Shown: positions 43,826 through 55,242 of the stretch, piece by piece
Layout: each line of letters opens with the position of its first letter
How positions within the stretch are numbered: the stretch's first letter is position 1
Made by a program: the position numbers and the translations under genes
Assembly: GCA_963733035.1 (NCBI GenBank)
Contig: CAVTBU010000005.1
Location: forward strand, 1,728,001-1,792,000
Length of the DNA stretch: 64,000 nucleotides
Direction of reading: 5' to 3'
From: Pirellulales bacterium
GTDB taxonomy: Bacteria > Planctomycetota > Planctomycetia > Pirellulales > PALSA-1355
The notes under the pieces: model-generated
The model's input: only the letters and a program-made list of their open reading frames with translations
Told to the model about the DNA's origin: nothing
Databases searched by the model: none

Positions 43826-45342
43826 GTCGGCTTTCCGTTTTCAAAAGTGCTGCGCACCGCGTCCAGCACATGCCCGAGCTTCTGTCGTAGCGTCTCGTCG
43901 AACTCCGACGCCTGTTCGAGCGCCGCGACCAAGTCTGGTTCATACTGTTCCAGTCGCTGGTAGAGGCGTTCCAGGAAGTGCGCGACCTGCGCGACCGGCA
44001 CCGAATCGAGAGCGCCTTCGCGAACGGCGACCAGCGTAGCGATTTCGTGGGCCACGGAATTGGGTTGCAGCCGGGGCTGTTTGAGAGACTCCCGCAAGCG
44101 GCGGCCCCGCTCCAGGCGGCGCCGTGTCTCGGGTTCCAATTCGGCCCCGAAGCGGGCAAAGGTTTCGAGTTCGTGCAGTTGCGAGTAGAGCAGCCGCAAA
44201 TCGCTGGCCACCGCGCGAAGCAAACGGGGTTGGGCTTTTCCGCCGACGCGCGAAACGCTCAAGCCAACGTCAACGGCCGGCCGCTGCCCTTCGTTGAACA
44301 GCCGCGTGTCGAGATAGATCTGCCCGTCGGTGATCGAAATCAAGTTCGTCGGAATGTACGACGCGATGTTACCCGCCTGGGTCGATGCAATCGGCAGCGC
44401 CGTCAGGCTTCCGCCCCCCAACTTGTCGTGCAATCGCGTGGCCCGTTCGAGCAGCCGGGCGTGAAAGTAAAAGATGTCGGCCGGATAGGCTTCGCGTCCG
44501 GGGGGCCGGTTCAACAGCAGCGAAATGCGCCGGTAGGAGTCGGCATGCTTGGTAAGGTCGTCGAAGATGACCAGGGCGTGCCTCCCTTGCCGCATGAAGT
44601 ATTCGCCAATCGTGCAGGCCGTGTAGGGCGCCAGATATTGCTGGCCGGCAGGCGAGCTGGCGTCGGCCATGACGACCACCGTGTGCCGCAGCGCATCGGC
44701 TTTTTCGAGCAGCCCCACGGTCTCGGCCACGCTGGCTTTCCGCTGTCCAATAGCGCAATACACGCACAGCACTCCGCTATCACGCTGCGCCAGGATTGCG
44801 TCCAGCGCGATCGCGGTCTTGCCCGTGGCGCGATCACCCAGAATCAGTTCGCGCTGGCCGCGCCCCAGGGGGAGCAGCGTGTCGATCACCTTGATGCCGG
44901 TGTGCATCGGCTCGCAGACCGGCTGTCGCTCGATGACGCCGGGCGCCTCGCGCTCCACCGGCCAATAGTCCGACAAGTGCAAGGGTGGCCCGTCATCGAG
45001 GGGGCGTCCCAGAGCATCGATCACGCGACCGAGCAATTCGTCGCCGACGGCCACACTCGCCACCCGGCCGGTGGCTCGAAGCTCGTCGCCCGCCCCCACG
45101 TGCTCGCTGCTGTCCAGGAACAGCACGCCCACCTCCTGCGGCCGCAAATCGAAGGCCAAGGCCGTCAGCCCATCGCTACGCTGCAGCAGTTCACCGTAGC
45201 GGACCGACGGGCAACCGCGCACATAGGCCACGCCGTCGCCCACGCGAACCACCCAGCCCACCTCGCGCTGGCGCACTTCCCAATGAATCTCGCTCAGATC
45301 CTCGCGAAGCTGTTCGGCCATCCGCTGGATTTCTTCAGCCAT
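43822..45342 (-). CDS. atpA: N-type ATP synthase alpha subunit
   Basis: GRGQRELILGDRATGKT, RPPGREAYP and PTNLISITDGQ motifs. Start at MAEEIQ. Confidence 0.96.
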   Translation of the reverse strand: MAEEIQRMAEQLREDLSEIHWEVRQREVGWVVRVGDGVAYVRGCPSVRYGELLQRSDGLTALAFDLRPQEVGVLFLDSSEHVGAGDELRATGRVASVAVGDELLGRVIDALGRPLDDGPPLHLSDYWPVEREAPGVIERQPVCEPMHTGIKVIDTLLPLGRGQRELILGDRATGKTAIALDAILAQRDSGVLCVYCAIGQRKASVAETVGLLEKADALRHTVVVMADASSPAGQQYLAPYTACTIGEYFMRQGRHALVIFDDLTKHADSYRRISLLLNRPPGREAYPADIFYFHARLLERATRLHDKLGGGSLTALPIASTQAGNIASYIPTNLISITDGQIYLDTRLFNEGQRPAVDVGLSVSRVGGKAQPRLLRAVASDLRLLYSQLHELETFARFGAELEPETRRRLERGRRLRESLKQPRLQPNSVAHEIATLVAVREGALDSVPVAQVAHFLERLYQRLEQYEPDLVAALEQASEFDETLRQKLGHVLDAVRSTFENGKPT

Positions 45343-46085
45343 GGGACGAGTTCTCCGAGACCGTGCGGGCCGTTTCCAATTGGCCGGCCAGGGAAGCGTC
45401 CCACACATTGCCCCCGATGCGCAACCGCCGCCGGCCAAAAGTGCCGGCTTCGTTTCCACATCGAGTTTGACTTGCTGACCTACGACCGACGCGACCGCGT
45501 CGGTGATTTTTTGCATCGAACCGGGATCGAGCGGGGCGGCAATTTCCACGACCGCGCCGTCTGCAGACTTCCAATCGCGGCGCACACGCGAACGCTCCTC
45601 TTCGGGAAGTCTGGCTAACGCTTCCACGAGATGCCCGGCCAATTGCTGCTGCAGCGTCGTTCCGGCCGCCTCCCGCAGCAAACGCTCAGCCAACTCGGCC
45701 GCCGAAGCGCTGATTTCGGCGCGGAGCGAACGGAGCGCGTCTTCGCGCTGGCGCTCGATGCCCGCGCGGACTTCGGATTGGCGACGCTCGATTGCTCGTT
45801 CGGCCTCGGAAATCAGTTTCTGGCGTTCGGATTCGCCTACCGCGCGGGCCTTCTGAATCGCTTCTTGCCGCTCCTGCTCGATGCTTGCGCCTGCGTTTGC
45901 AATTGCTCTTGCATGGCGACAGCCTGGGCGCGGGCAGCTTCGGCGTCGCTTTGCGTTTTGGCCAGCACGGCCCGACGCTGATCGATCGCCGCGCGCAGCG
46001 GGCGGTAAAGTATGCGGTGCAGGATGTAGGCCAGCACCACAAAGTTGACGATCTCGAACAGAAACGTCCAGACGTTGAAAGTCAT
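45335..46085 (-). CDS. atpF: N-type ATP synthase b subunit with delta-like C-terminus (frameshifts ~45890 and ~45430)
   Basis: MTFNVWTFLFEIVNFVVL…YRPL; coiled coil; …LRIGGNVWDASLAGQL, across three frames. Confidence 0.88.
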
Positions 46086-46091
46086 AAAGGT

Positions 46092-46358
46092 TTATTTCGA
46101 AATCAGGCTCGCGAGCGGATTGGCAAACAGCAGAATCAGCGCGATCACCAGGCAATAAATCGCCAGCGACTCGATCATCGCCAAACCGACGAACAGGGTC
46201 CGGCTGATGCGATCCGCGGCGTCGGGCTGGCGGGCGATCGCGTCGAGCGCCGAGTCCACCGCCTTGCCTTGCGCAAAGGCGGGGCCGATCGAGCCGACGG
46301 TCACAGTCAGGCCCGACACGACCATGACGATCAGGGCAAAGATGTCATGCGAGTCCAT
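46092..46358 (-). CDS. atpE: N-type ATP synthase c subunit
   Basis: GSIGPAFAQG…ARQP…LAMIESLAIY; has its own AAGGAG RBS. Confidence 0.93.
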   Translation of the reverse strand: MDSHDIFALIVMVVSGLTVTVGSIGPAFAQGKAVDSALDAIARQPDAADRISRTLFVGLAMIESLAIYCLVIALILLFANPLASLISK

Positions 46359-46362
46359 ATGT

Positions 46363-47039
46363 TTATTCTCCTTGAGTCTGTTGCGCCGGACGGCGGCGCT
46401 CAAATAGACAACGGTCAATACGGCAAAGATGTACGCCTGCACCACGCCCGTCAAAACTGAAAGCATCATGATCGGAACGGGAACTAACAATCCGGCAATC
46501 GTCAACAGCACCGCGATCACCAACTCCTCGCTTACGACGTTTCCAAAAAGTCGCACGGCCAGTGCCAGCGTGCGCGAGAATTCCGTGATGATTTCCAGCG
46601 GCAGCAAAAGCGGCGTTGGCTCCAGGTAGTGGCGCAGATATCCGCGCAGTCCGCGAGCCCAAATCCCGTAAAACGGCACGGCCAAGAAGACCACGATCGC
46701 CAGGGCGGCCGTCGTGGAAAAGTCCGCCGTCGGCGGTCGCATGCCAGGCACCAGCCCGAGCAGGTTGGCGGTGCCGATAAACAGCGCCAGCGTTACCACC
46801 AGCGGCGTATAGGGTCGCGGGTCGCACTCGAACATGTCGTGCATGATTCCTTCTAAATGCTCGACGACGAACTCGGCGGCCACGGGCCAGCCCGAGCGAT
46901 TGGTCTTCAGGCCGATTCGTACCAGCAGGGCGAACGCGACGACGATAGCTGAGGCAATCAACGAGTAGACGACCGTACCAGTCACTTCTACCGGACCGAA
47001 CCGCAACAGCACTTCAGGAAAGAATTGCTCACCGCCCAT
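46363..47039 (-). CDS. atpB: N-type ATP synthase a subunit (appears in-frame with c because of a probable 1-nt error)
   Basis: PPTAD, RTLALAVRLFGN and VQAYIFAVL motifs. Confidence 0.92.
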
Positions 47040-47102
47040 GGGCAACGACCCTCAGTCCGCGAACGCGTTGGTAGCTAGCCATCACCGCACCGAAATCGAT
47101 GT

Positions 47103-47380
47103 TCACTCCTTCAACTCCCGATCGACATGCCGCCAGGCGCTGGCACAGCCGAGCATCAGGCCCCCAACCAGCAGCGACAACGTCCAAAAAATGCCCGAAG
47201 CGAACTTCACGTCGAGCCATCGTCCGACCAGAGCGCCCAAGACGGCGGGCAAACTCACCATCCAGCCCACCGCGCCGACGCTGGCCAGCCCGCGCCAAAA
47301 CGTCCCATGACGGCTATCGCGAGTTCGTTCGGCTTGGCGCCGGATTTCCGATACGAACGGATCTTCCGGGGCCTTCTCGT

Positions 47381-47384
<4 letters not shown>
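47103..47384 (-). CDS. N-ATPase AtpQ (AtpZ/AtpI-like) membrane protein
   Basis: GAVGWMVSLPAVLGALVGRWLD…GC…AW; lies between atpC and atpB. Confidence 0.85.
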
Positions 47385-49217
<1,833 letters not shown>

Positions 49218-49534
49218 GTGCGTTTCCAATCGTGCTGCTGGATGGCCGGGCCCAGTTCGTTGCCGGCTGACCACGGCAAAGCGACAATCCGGCGTGTTCC
49301 GACTCCCGCTGGTCAAAAATAGCGTTTTTAAAACGGTGGGATACTCCCCGGCAGGTGCTATGTACGAAGAAATCTCCTGAGCTGCCGTCGCCAGGGAGTC
49401 CTGTGCGACCACGCACCAGCCAGAGCGATACCGCGCACCAATTTCATCTGGTTTCGCTCGAATCGCAAGATCATCACACGGTTTTCCGGTCATCGCCAGC
49501 CCACGCGGTCTCGCCTGCCAAAAGGCCTTCGGCT

Positions 49535-49550
49535 CGGCACATGATCTGCA
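49535..49550 (+). promoter_or_regulatory. Sigma54-type promoter
   Basis: CGGCAC-ATGAT-CTGCA (GG-N10-GC), about 65 bp upstream of the 49615 start. Confidence 0.6.
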
Positions 49551-49614
49551 TAGCTGGCATGGCAGCGTTTTATCACGTTTCGCCGTCGGCCGTACACGAG
49601 TGGAGAAGTTCAAC

Positions 49615-50010
49615 ATGACCAGCTCAACGCATGCCACAATGCACCAGAACCATCGGCAATGGAAAAGTGACAACGACCAATGGCGGTGCGACCTGGCCGC
49701 TTGGCAAGATGAATTGCGGCAGGCGACGGGGCAGCTTTCGGAGGTTGAAGAGGCATTGAAGAAGCAAGCAGCGAAGCTGCAGACTCACGCCTCGTCGATT
49801 CGCTTGCGCGAACAGGATCTGTTGGCACACGAACACGCACTGGCAGCCTGCGAGCAGGGAGAGCCCACGGTAGATCTCATCAAATTGGCGAAGGCGCACG
49901 AGGACGAAGAGTCCAAACATGCCTCCCAGCGGGACGCGCATGAGAAGATCAAGCGCCATCATCACGCGATCATGGCGCACCTGGCGGCGTTGCATAAGCT
50001 CGTCTCCTAG
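49615..50010 (+). CDS. His-rich helical hypothetical protein
   Basis: GGAG RBS; 131 aa with 14 His and heptad-spaced W and H residues. Confidence 0.8.
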   Translation: MTSSTHATMHQNHRQWKSDNDQWRCDLAAWQDELRQATGQLSEVEEALKKQAAKLQTHASSIRLREQDLLAHEHALAACEQGEPTVDLIKLAKAHEDEESKHASQRDAHEKIKRHHHAIMAHLAALHKLVS

Positions 50011-50178
50011 CCAGACTAAGGGATGGTCATCATGCTGGTTGGTCCCCCTTGCGGGCCTAACGGCGCGTCAGCCGGAGCGCGAAATCCGCGGCCGCTACTT
50101 GCCACGTGTTCGATCCGTGCGAGAATCAATCGCTGTTATGCGCTATCCGCCTGAAAATCGCGCACGGAAATCGCTCTC

Positions 50179-50670
50179 GTGGACACGCCGGTCTTGATAC
50201 AAGTGTTGCAGCAGTTGCGCTTTTCCGAGACGCTGCCCGACCACGTCTTGGAACGCGTCGCGGCGGCCGCCAGTCTGCGCGGGTTTCCGGCCGATACGAT
50301 CTTATTTCGCGAAGGCGGACAAAACGATCAGTTGATGGTTGTCTCCGTCGGTAGCGTGGCGCTCGATATGAACGTGCCGGGGCGGGGCGAGGTGCGGATC
50401 ATGTCGCTGGGGCCCGGCAACGTCGTGGCCTGGTCGGCCCTGCTGGGCGGAGGTCGCATGACCGCTTCGGCCGTGGCTCTTGAAGACACGCAAGTCGTAC
50501 AGATTCCCGCGGCCGACCTATTGGCCATTTGCGACACGGACGCTCTGTTCGGCTATCACTTGATGCGGCGTGTCGCCACGGCACTGGCCGAGCGGCTAGT
50601 CGCCACGCGATTGCAATTGCTCGACCTATTTGCCGACACGGCACCGATCGTTCCTCAGGGCCCCGACTGA
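50179..50670 (+). CDS. Cyclic-nucleotide-binding (Crp-like) domain protein
   Basis: LFREG…GSVAL…LGPGNVVAWSAL…TASAVA; no obvious HTH. Confidence 0.88.
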   Translation: MDTPVLIQVLQQLRFSETLPDHVLERVAAAASLRGFPADTILFREGGQNDQLMVVSVGSVALDMNVPGRGEVRIMSLGPGNVVAWSALLGGGRMTASAVALEDTQVVQIPAADLLAICDTDALFGYHLMRRVATALAERLVATRLQLLDLFADTAPIVPQGPD

Positions 50671-50694
50671 CATTCGACGCAGGAAGGTTGCGGC

Positions 50695-51828
50695 ATGACG
50701 ACGACCGCGGGTGAACCAGTCGGCAAGGATGGCCAGACCATGCTACTCGCCAAGGCGCACTTTCAGAAACTCCTGGATTTGCTGTGGAGCCAGGCGTATC
50801 GAGTCGTTGGCCCGACGGTGTCTCAAGAGGCGATAGTTTACGACGAGGTTCGCAGCATCGATGATCTGCCGCGGGGGTGGACGGACGAGCAAAGCGGCGG
50901 GACTTATCGACTCAAGCGGCGCGACGATGACGCCTGGTTCGGCTTCGTCGTGGGGCCGCACTCCTGGAAACGCTATTTATTTCCGCCTCAGGCAACGGTT
51001 TCGCAGGCCGAGCGTACGGCGGACGGCTGGCAGCTGCGCGACGTGGTCGACGAGGAACCGCCCTACGCGTTCCTTGGCGTGCGCGCGTGTGAACTTGCGG
51101 CCATGGCCGTGCAGGATCGAACCTTCTTAAACGATCAATACTGCGATCCAATCTATCGCCGCCGTCGGGAGCGAGCATTGATCATCGCGGTGAATTGTAC
51201 GCAGGCCGCGTCGACCTGCTTCTGCACTTCGATGAACACCGGGCCGCGCTGCACGCGAGAATACGACTTGGCGTTGACCGAGCTAGTGGATCACTTTACC
51301 GTCGAGATCGGCAGCGAGCGGGGTCGGGAAATTGCCTCGCAACTCCCGACCACCGTGGCCGATTCCGGACACCTCGATCAGGCCGAAACCGCGCGCCAGC
51401 AGGCCGTTGATCAAATCACGAAAACGCTGGACACCACCGACATCCGAGATTTGCTGCTGGGGAACCTCGGTCACCCGCGTTGGACCGAAGTCGCGACCCG
51501 CTGTTTGTCGTGCACGAATTGCACGATGGTCTGTCCGACCTGTTTTTGCAGCTCGGTTAAGGACGTCAGCGATCTGGCCGGCGAGCACGTCGAGCGCGTG
51601 CGGCAGTGGGATTCTTGTTTCAATTGGGACTTCAGTTACATGAACGGCGGTGTGGTACGCAACCAGATCCGCTCGCGATATCGTCAGTGGCTGACGCACA
51701 AGTTGGCTTCTTGGATCGACCAGTTCGACGTCTCCGGCTGCGTGGGATGCGGACGGTGTATCACCTGGTGTCCGGTGGCGATCGACTTGACCGAGGAAGT
51801 GGCGGCGATCCGGGAGACTGCCCTGTGA
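50695..51828 (+). CDS. Group 3b hydrogenase Fe-S beta subunit (HydB/AsrA-like)
   Basis: GVRACE, CFCTS, CLSCTNCTMVCPTCFC and CVGCGRCITWCP motifs. Confidence 0.92.
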   Translation: MTTTAGEPVGKDGQTMLLAKAHFQKLLDLLWSQAYRVVGPTVSQEAIVYDEVRSIDDLPRGWTDEQSGGTYRLKRRDDDAWFGFVVGPHSWKRYLFPPQATVSQAERTADGWQLRDVVDEEPPYAFLGVRACELAAMAVQDRTFLNDQYCDPIYRRRRERALIIAVNCTQAASTCFCTSMNTGPRCTREYDLALTELVDHFTVEIGSERGREIASQLPTTVADSGHLDQAETARQQAVDQITKTLDTTDIRDLLLGNLGHPRWTEVATRCLSCTNCTMVCPTCFCSSVKDVSDLAGEHVERVRQWDSCFNWDFSYMNGGVVRNQIRSRYRQWLTHKLASWIDQFDVSGCVGCGRCITWCPVAIDLTEEVAAIRETAL

Positions 51829-52685
51829 GTCGTGACCGCAGCTCTGCGATTAGCGAGAATCCCTGGTTGGCACAAAGCGTCGAGATCGCCGACATCACGC
51901 CGGAAATGCCCGGCGTGGCCACCTATCACCTGCGATTTCGCGATCCGGCCCTGCACGCCAGCTATGCGTTTCGGCCGGGACAATTCAACATGCTCTATTT
52001 GCCCGGGGCTGGCGAAATTGCCATCAGCCTGAGTGCGGGCAGCCAGCAGCACGGCACTTGGGACCATACGATTCGCGTGGCTGGTAACGTCACTCGAACG
52101 TTGGCCAAGATGAAAGTGGGTGCCGATTTTGGGCTTCGCGGTCCGTACGGTTCGAGTTGGCCGTTGGACGAATTCCACAATGCGAACGTCATTGTTGGCG
52201 CCGGCGGTATTGGCCTGGCGCCGCTGCGGCCTGCCATTGAGGCGCTGCTGCAAGAGAAGCACAAGTTTGGCGAGCGGATGTTGCTTTATGGAGCGCGCAC
52301 GCCCGATACCTTGCTCTATACCCGGCAGTACGAGGACTGGTCGGATCGCGGCTTGAGTTTGCAAACGACCGTCGACCGTGCACAGCCCGGCTGGTTAGGT
52401 CACGTGGGCGTCGTGCCGCTGCTGTTGGACCGCTTGCGGCCGTTTACTCCGGCCAATTCTGTGTTGTTGCTCTGCGGGCCAGAAGTCATGATGCGCTACT
52501 GCGTTCGCAGCGCATTGGCGCGGGGTATGCGGAAGGACCAGATTTGGTTATCGCTCGAGCGCAACATGCAATGCGCCGTGGGGCTTTGCGGCCACTGCCA
52601 GCTTGGACCGGAATTCATCTGCAAGGACGGTCCGATCTTTCGCTATGACCGCGTCGAGCCGTTTCTCGAAGTGGAGACACTGTAA
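51825..52685 (+). CDS. Group 3b hydrogenase FAD/NAD(P)-binding gamma subunit
   Basis: PGQFNML, RGPYG, GGIGLAPL, CGPEVMM and MQCAVGLCGHC…CKDGP motifs. Confidence 0.92.
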   Translation: MSRDRSSAISENPWLAQSVEIADITPEMPGVATYHLRFRDPALHASYAFRPGQFNMLYLPGAGEIAISLSAGSQQHGTWDHTIRVAGNVTRTLAKMKVGADFGLRGPYGSSWPLDEFHNANVIVGAGGIGLAPLRPAIEALLQEKHKFGERMLLYGARTPDTLLYTRQYEDWSDRGLSLQTTVDRAQPGWLGHVGVVPLLLDRLRPFTPANSVLLLCGPEVMMRYCVRSALARGMRKDQIWLSLERNMQCAVGLCGHCQLGPEFICKDGPIFRYDRVEPFLEVETL

Positions 52686-53467
52686 TGGGGATTCCCCGGC
52701 TGGCCGTGTTCAAATTCGCCTCTTGCGACGGCTGCCAGCTCTCGCTGCTGGGGTTGGAAGACGAACTCCTGACGCTGGCCGGACGCATGGACGTTGTGTA
52801 CTTTCTGGAGGCCTCCAGCCGCGCCGAACCGGGACCGTATGACGTTGCCTTGGTTGAAGGTTCGATCACGACCGCCGAAGACGCCGCGCGCATTCGCCAG
52901 ATTCGTCGCGATGCGAAGTTTCTGGTGACGATCGGTGCTTGCGCCACGGCAGGCGGTATACAGGCCCTGCGCAATTGGGCCGACTCTCGGGAATTCTTGC
53001 AAGCCGTGTACGCTTCGCCACAGTACATCGAAACGCTCGCCACCTCGACGCCCATTTCGCAGCATGTGCCGGTGGATTTTGAACTGCGCGGCTGCCCGAT
53101 CAACAAACATCAGTTGCTGGAGGTCCTGACCGCGCTGCTTGCCGGTCGGCGGCCACGGACACCCGTGCATAGCGTTTGCCTGGAGTGCAAGCGGCGCGGA
53201 ACCGTCTGTGTCATGGTCGCTCAAGGCATGGTTTGCCTCGGGCCGATCACGCATGACGGTTGTGGAGCAATTTGCCCCAGCTACGACCGCGGTTGCTATG
53301 GCTGTTTTGGTCCCGCGCAGCAGCCCAACCCGAAAAGCCTTACCGCGCAGTTCCAGCAAAACGGCGTCTCGCGAGAATCGCTTGTTCGCAGCCTGCGCGG
53401 GAGTTTTAACGGGTATGCGCCGGAATTTCGTGCCGAAGGCGATCGGCTCGCCGAAGGCCAGGACTAG
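52685..53467 (+). CDS. Group 3b [NiFe]-hydrogenase small (delta) subunit
   Basis: SCDGCQ, GACA, GCP and CLEC…CLG…C…C…GCYGCFG motifs. Confidence 0.93.
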   Translation: MGIPRLAVFKFASCDGCQLSLLGLEDELLTLAGRMDVVYFLEASSRAEPGPYDVALVEGSITTAEDAARIRQIRRDAKFLVTIGACATAGGIQALRNWADSREFLQAVYASPQYIETLATSTPISQHVPVDFELRGCPINKHQLLEVLTALLAGRRPRTPVHSVCLECKRRGTVCVMVAQGMVCLGPITHDGCGAICPSYDRGCYGCFGPAQQPNPKSLTAQFQQNGVSRESLVRSLRGSFNGYAPEFRAEGDRLAEGQD

Positions 53468-53478
53468 GTGCTCACGAC

Positions 53479-54777
53479 ATGACTTCCGAGCGTACTATTC
53501 GTGTCGCGGCGATGACCCGGGTCGAGGGGGAGGGATCGCTGCGGATTCGATTGAGCGATGGACAAATCGACCAGGTGCAACTCAGAATCTTCGAGCCCCC
53601 GCGGCTGTTCGAAGCGTTCCTGCGGGGTCGAGCCATCGAGGATGTGCCGGATATCACGGCCCGCATCTGCGGCATCTGCCCGGTCGCCTATCAGATGAGT
53701 TCCGTACACGCCCTGGAACAAGCGCTAGGGGTGCAAACGCCGCCCGAATTGCGCAGCTTGCGGCGGTTGCTGTATTGCGGCGAATGGATTGAAAGCCATT
53801 CGCTGCATGTGCACCTGCTGCACGCGCCGGACTTCTTGGGTTACGACAGCGTGCTGGAAATGGCCAAGGACTTTCCCGATGAAGTGAATCGCGGGCTGCG
53901 CCTCAAAAAGCACGGCAACCAACTGCTCGACGTGCTGGGTGGGCGGTCGGTGCATCCGGTGAATGTTGCGGTCGGCGGATTCCACCGTCTGCCGCGTCGC
54001 GACGAACTGGCGCCGCTGGTCGATGATTTCGCCTGGGGGCTCGAGGCCGCAATCGAAGCCACACGCTGGGTCGCGGGTTTCGATTTTCCGTCGTTCGAGC
54101 GTCCCTATGGCTTCGTGGCGCTCTCGCATCCGCACGAATACGCGATGTCCGAGGGGCAGATTCGCACGAGCGATGGGCTCGCCTTCGACGCTGCGCAGTT
54201 CGCGCAGCATTTCCGCGAACAGCAGGTACCGCATTCCACGGCCCTGCAGGCCGTGCGGGTCGACACGGGCGGGACCTATTTTCTGGGGCCACTGGCTCGC
54301 GTCAATCTCAACCGTGGGCAACTGCTGCCCCGGGCACGCAAGCTGGCCGACGAGATTGGTTTGGAAGATCCTTGTCGCAATCCGTTCAAAAGCATCATCG
54401 CGCGGAGTATCGAGGTCGTCCAAGCGTATGAAGAAGCGCTGATGCTCTTGCGGAGCTATCGACCGTCGCGCCGAGCCCGAGTCGCGTATACATACCGCGC
54501 CGGCGCCGGCGCCGCGGCCACCGAAGCGCCCCGCGGAATGCTATATCACCGCTACGAGGTGGACGCGGAAGGCACGATCGTGGCCGCCACGATCGTGCCT
54601 CCCACTTCGCAAAACCAGGGTCAGATCGAGGACGATTTGCGTCACTACCTGCCGGCCCAACTTGCGCAGCCCGACGAACAGGTGGCGGCGGCCTGCGAAC
54701 GCTTGGTGCGAAGTTACGATCCGTGCATCAGTTGCTCGACGCACTTCCTGAAGGTTGCCATCGAGAGGAACGAATGA
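53479..54777 (+). CDS. Group 3b [NiFe]-hydrogenase large (alpha) subunit
   Basis: RVEGEG, L1 motif RICGIC, EAPRG, L2 motif YDPCISCSTH with a cleavable tail. Confidence 0.96.
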   Translation: MTSERTIRVAAMTRVEGEGSLRIRLSDGQIDQVQLRIFEPPRLFEAFLRGRAIEDVPDITARICGICPVAYQMSSVHALEQALGVQTPPELRSLRRLLYCGEWIESHSLHVHLLHAPDFLGYDSVLEMAKDFPDEVNRGLRLKKHGNQLLDVLGGRSVHPVNVAVGGFHRLPRRDELAPLVDDFAWGLEAAIEATRWVAGFDFPSFERPYGFVALSHPHEYAMSEGQIRTSDGLAFDAAQFAQHFREQQVPHSTALQAVRVDTGGTYFLGPLARVNLNRGQLLPRARKLADEIGLEDPCRNPFKSIIARSIEVVQAYEEALMLLRSYRPSRRARVAYTYRAGAGAAATEAPRGMLYHRYEVDAEGTIVAATIVPPTSQNQGQIEDDLRHYLPAQLAQPDEQVAAACERLVRSYDPCISCSTHFLKVAIERNE

Positions 54778-55223
54778 GCGGCGACGCACTGTTCGTCGGC
54801 ATCGGCAGCCCGCACGGCGACGACTGCGTCGGCTGGCGAGTGGCGCAGCGGATTAGCGAGTTGGGCATTAAACGCCTAGTCGTCCGCCGGGCACAATCGC
54901 CAGCCGACGTGCTCGACTGGCTCGACGACGTCGAGGCGCTGGACGTCTGCGACGCGGTTTTCAGCGAGTCGCCCCCCGGCACGCTCCATTGTTGGCCGTG
55001 GCCCAGCGCCGCGATCGAGAGCGCCCTGTTTTGCGGCACGCATGACCTGTCACTCCCCGCGGGGCTCGCCTTGGCCGAACGACTCGGTCGCTTGCCGCGG
55101 CAGGTCCGTATTTGGGGGGTTGCCATCAACGAGGCCAATCAGACAGCGCCCGTCTCACCGGACGTTGCCGCGGCGACTCCAGCCATCGTGAGCGAAATAG
55201 CAACCGCTCTTGGACGCCAGTAA
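54774..55223 (+). CDS. Hydrogenase maturation protease
   Basis: GIGSPHGDDCVG, DA and THDLSL motifs. Confidence 0.88.
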   Translation: MSGDALFVGIGSPHGDDCVGWRVAQRISELGIKRLVVRRAQSPADVLDWLDDVEALDVCDAVFSESPPGTLHCWPWPSAAIESALFCGTHDLSLPAGLALAERLGRLPRQVRIWGVAINEANQTAPVSPDVAAATPAIVSEIATALGRQ

Positions 55224-55242
55224 CCAGGCTTATTAACCAGGC

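Noticed and set aside
43822..46155. 777-aa ORF suggesting a b-delta-alpha fusion
   Set aside because: Produced by two frameshifts in atpF. atpA starts at 45342 and atpF ends at 45335.
46092..47045. Apparent in-frame fusion of ATP synthase subunits a and c (317-aa ORF)
   Set aside because: Adding one base at ~46387 (CCG[C]GCGCAA) gives atpB ending VRAQQTQGE-TAA at 46363. atpE has its own AAGGAG RBS, and the context matches the window's recurrent GCGCGC error.
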